Part shown: positions 60,141 to 64,000 of the stretch, piece after piece
How the letters are laid out: the number at the start of each line of letters is the position of its first letter
Position numbering within the stretch: position 1 is the first letter of the stretch
Source: Blepharisma stoltei ATCC 30299
Taxonomy: Eukaryota > Protista > Ciliophora
Length of the DNA stretch: 64,000 nt
NCBI GenBank assembly: GCA_965603825.1
Contig: CBFDEM010000033.1
Coordinates: 310,001 to 374,000 of the forward strand
Reading direction: 5' to 3'
Position numbers and translations under genes: made by a program
The notes under the pieces: generated by a model
What the model saw: only the letters and a program-made list of their open reading frames with translations
Told to the model about the DNA's origin: nothing
The model's database searches: none

Positions 60141-60702
60141 TTATCAAAAGCCCCCAGTTAATATTTTTGATTTTATATCACTAGATACCAGATGACATAA
60201 AAATAGATAATCGTGAGAATTTTGGGTTGATTTCATTTTAATATATATTTGAAAACTACTTATTCCAAACGACTTGATGAATTAATTTATCGATTATTTC
60301 GCACCAAAAAAGTATAAAAGATGTTTTATAAGCATATTAATAAATGCGATCTTATTTAAAGAGCTATAGTTTGTAGTTTACTATTTTTTCACAAAAGAGC
60401 GTCATTTTATATAATTTTTAATTAAAATTCTCATTTTCAAATTGCTCAAATACTTTAAAATAAATAGCCCATTAAAATTAATCCTTTAAATTGATGATAT
60501 TTCACAAGAAATAAAAAAAATTATTCTGAGTCCATATTGACCTTGCATAGCCTCCAAATACAGTAAATATATTTTAAATTTACCGACATTTATATCCCAT
60601 TTGAAACATTTAAAATTATTTAGATTTTTGCCTTTCCTTTTATTGAAACGTTGTTGTTGATAAAGCTGTTAACTTAATAGACAGTTCTCTTTAACATCCA
60701 AT

Positions 60703-63700
60703 ATGTTATATATGAGTGAGTTTAGCCCCGAGTCCATTAAACCACGACAGCGTAGGTATACAATCGATGTCCATAAGATTGATGAAAACCCTGACAATTT
60801 AAATGCAAATTACATCAAAAATAATACGATTGCAATGATTCCGCAGGCTCTTCTTTCACTTTCAAACTTGATCAATACTCATCATATGTCTCTAGCTGAC
60901 ATATCTCGCGCTTCAGCAAAACTTATTTCTGAACTCACGAAGTCTTCATGAGTAGAAGTTCTTCTGAAAGAAGACGAGAAACTGAAAATATTTAATCCCC
61001 TTCAACCGTTTACCGAATTAGAAATTAATGATGAATCACTTCCCGGATATGTAGCTCAAACACAGCACCCAGAGCTCATTACAAATCCTCACACATCCAC
61101 GTTTTACTCTGCATTCCAGCTGAAAATCAACCCCTTTTCGCCTGTGACTAACAAAGTTATCCAGCCGACAACAACGGCATGCGTTCCTTTAGTTGTGGGT
61201 CAATGAAAAGTGATCGGGGTGGTGCAGTTATTTAATAAAGTGGGAGAAGACCTTTCCCAAGGCTATTATACAGATATAGACGTAGACATTGTGACGAGCT
61301 TCGGACATATCATCTATCAAGCTTTAGAACAAAGGACAGAGTATTTATCGCTGTTGAATAAAGATGATAGTCATCACTTGGTGAACAAGGAGAAAAACAG
61401 GCTCCACAATGAAGTCAACTTGATTTGCAAGAAAAAAGAGTACTGCAAGAGGCTTGATGAAATAATGAAGCCATGGTATAGAGTTTCTAAAGCTCTGATA
61501 GATGCTATTTCTGATATCATGAACACTGATGCAATGGTGCTTTATAGTATGGGTGATGGAGTGCTGACATGCGAGTATGCTCAGGGAATCAACACTGATA
61601 TAAGCAACCATAAGTCAAGGATTTCGGAGTATGTCGGATTCACCCATAAGGAAATTCTCAATATCAGAGATCTATCTATTGAGCCGCTATGGCCGCAAGA
61701 CTTGAACTATGGCTACAAATCCTGCCTTGTGTGCCCAATCATGTCCTATACCAATACTGTGCAAGGGGTAGTTGAGTTTTTTAGGACAAACTCAGTCTTT
61801 ACAGAGATCGATGAAAACTTCGCATTGTTCTTAGCGACATCTTTAGGAAAACTTACAAAACTTTCTGTAGAGCCAAAGGGCTCTGCAAGTGATCAAGATG
61901 AACTGAGAAAATGGATTCATGGGATGTACTCTTATACAATTGACAGAAAAGATAAGCTTTTTGACTATGTCAAGCTCACTGATTTGATAACTCAGTCTTT
62001 ACATAACATTTTGCCTCATGATTCTTCATCAGTTTTTGTAGCGGATCAACATAAGAAATTCATATGGACTAAAAAATCAGACACATGCGGAACTATGGCA
62101 TTTCCATTGTCAGCTGACACTGTTTTTGGTTATGCTTATTCACTGCAAAAAGTTTTGGTGCTTCCAAACTCAGAGCTTCCAGTTTTGCATGATATCAACC
62201 TTTATGAAGGCAAAAGCGTCGCGATTTTCCCTATATTGTCTAAAGAGCTGAAAGACCCAAGCATAGGACTTATTGTAATAAGCAGGCAAGAACCTTTTAC
62301 AAAGGATGATATACACATGGTAGAAAAGTTTTCAAACTCCTTAAGTACGATTTTCATGAGACTATTCATAGAGCATTTGCCTGAAACAATGCTTGATGAG
62401 AGCAAAGTTGAGTCTTCTCCTGATCGAGCTCAAGAAAGTTCTGAGTCAGAGTTTAGAACTGTCAATATTTTTAGAAAAAACTCAGAATTGGCAACACAAT
62501 CAAGCTTCTTTTTAAGTCATGAGCTTGCAAGAAGAGAAAAAAGTAAAAAAGAGCCTCCTTTTCTGCTTAAAAGCTTAAATAACATTCTCGGAATTCCAAA
62601 AGATACCATTCAAAGTCTGTATGATCTAATCGACGAGCTAGTAAAAAATCCAAATGAGCCTTATATAAAAATTGCTCGAAAACTAACTGAAATCGTCAAA
62701 TGTGGTGTCGCGAAGCTCTTTTTATATGATAAGTCTCAAGTAAACTTGATAGAGCAAATTACTATGTCAAGCTACGCTCCAGCTGGACTAGTTAAAAAAT
62801 CAATCCAGCAAAAAGAAATAATCAGCATCAAGCATGATGCTGAAAATGACATGAACTTCGAATTCGACTTAGACTCACTCGATTGCGAAGACCAGGTTGA
62901 CTCTTATCTCTGCATTCCCATTCTTGATAGCAGGACTGCAGTGATAGGAGTCATTGTATTTGTAAATCTTGATAAGCTTGAAGAAGAGACTTTGCAGGTG
63001 GCTTCATTTTTATCCATCCTTCCAAAAGAGTTCGCAGAGCTCGCTTCTGCTAGAGATGACTCTGCAACTCAATGGAAGAAGATTTTGGAGACAGGAAGGA
63101 AGAATAAAATGCTTCAACACTGGTGTAAACAAGTGTTCCTTGTGTCTAATCAATATCAAAAAAGATGCGCCTATTATAGGGATATCCTTTATAAGATTTC
63201 TTGCTATAACGACTTAGAAAACTTATTGAAGTTCAGCTTGGATTTGGTACAGTCCCATACAAATGCTGATAAAGCTTATATTTATTTATATAAAGACTCA
63301 GAATTCGAAGAATTAACGATTCATGATGGAGAGCCTCATAACCCTCATGAGTGGGAGCTTGATTTTTTTAAGCAGTGCTATGATAAAGGTTCGACTTCTA
63401 CATCATTGAAGCCTAATAAATCGTACCATGTATTAGCTGTTCCTATAATCGAAGATGGGGAGTTCATGGGTCTCCTTTATCTTAAAAACAAAAAAGAGCC
63501 TTCTTTGCTGCAATCTGTAGATTTTACAGCAGAAGATATAGAAATTCTTGAATCCTTAGCCAAAATAATTTCAGTGTCCTTAAAAAAGGGCTCTGATTCA
63601 GATGAAAAAAATGCTAATGAAGAGCTTAAGAATTTTGTAAAAGCAATTGCTTCAGAAAGAGACTCCTATGCCCTTATGACAACAATAAGAAAAGCTGCAG

Positions 63701-64000
63701 AACAATTATGTGACTGTGATAGAGCAATTATTTTCACCAAAGAAGAAAATATATTAATAGCGAGACCTCAAGGGCTTGAACAAGACCTTCCTGTGAATTA
63801 TAGCTTTTATATGGGATATGGAATCCCAGGAAGCGTGGCTGCTAAAAAAGCTAAAGAAAACATAAAAGATGCGTATCATGACACTCGATTTACTCCAGAT
63901 GTCGACCGATTGACTGGTTATCGAACGACCAGCATCCTTTGCATGCCTATCTTAGACTCAGAAAAACAAGTACTCGCAGTTATCGAATTAATTAATAAGA
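60703..64000 (+). CDS. Large multi-GAF domain protein, 3'-truncated by the window
   Basis: Frame open to the window end apart from TGAs at 60949 and 61204. Repeated GAF cores: CVPL..VIGVVQLFNK, CLVCPI..GVVEFF, LCIPI..VIGVIVFVN, AVPI..GLLYLKNK, IKDAYHDTRF..DRLTGYRTTSILCMPI..AVIELINK. Absent from the ORF track because there is no stop. Confidence 0.85.

Overview
AT-rich, very gene-dense eukaryotic DNA, not prokaryotic. It looks like the somatic (macronuclear) genome of a heterotrich ciliate, most consistent with Blepharisma. Two properties explain why the supplied ORF track is fragmented. (1) TGA is read as Trp: in-frame TGA falls on invariant tryptophans (PTP WPD loop, kinase DIW, E2F IQW, COQ3 WW, MIP WIY), and every gene I could complete ends in TAA or TAG. 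(2) Genes carry 15-16 nt GT-AG introns with an invariant A at intron position 10. Rebuilt with these rules, the window holds about 44 genes plus 3 broken genes in the first 8 kb. The genes include COQ3, a START protein, NudE-like, MAM33-like, a PEHE-domain protein, a GST_C-like/ankyrin/Rrp6-type exonuclease fusion, Era GTPase, Mei2-like, PTP, POC5-like, an ABHD hydrolase, PKG, E2F, AGC/NEK/TKL/CDPK kinases, an LRR protein, RING-Bbox-PHR, HAUS3-like, a membrane PDE, a Cys-rich surface protein, a GRIP golgin, DNAL1, UNC119, NAD synthetase, an aquaporin, Mrc1-like, and a multi-GAF protein that runs off the end. The most notable observations are: an NAD synthetase whose glutaminase triad is destroyed, lying 22 bp upstream of a divergent aquaporin; an ankyrin-Rrp6-type exonuclease fusion; a TA-joined internal deletion in an M20 peptidase that resembles cryptic IES excision; a 16- versus 20-nt alternative 3' splice choice that determines whether a PEHE domain is made; and an augmin HAUS3-like gene. 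All family assignments come from motifs recognised by eye; no searches were run.
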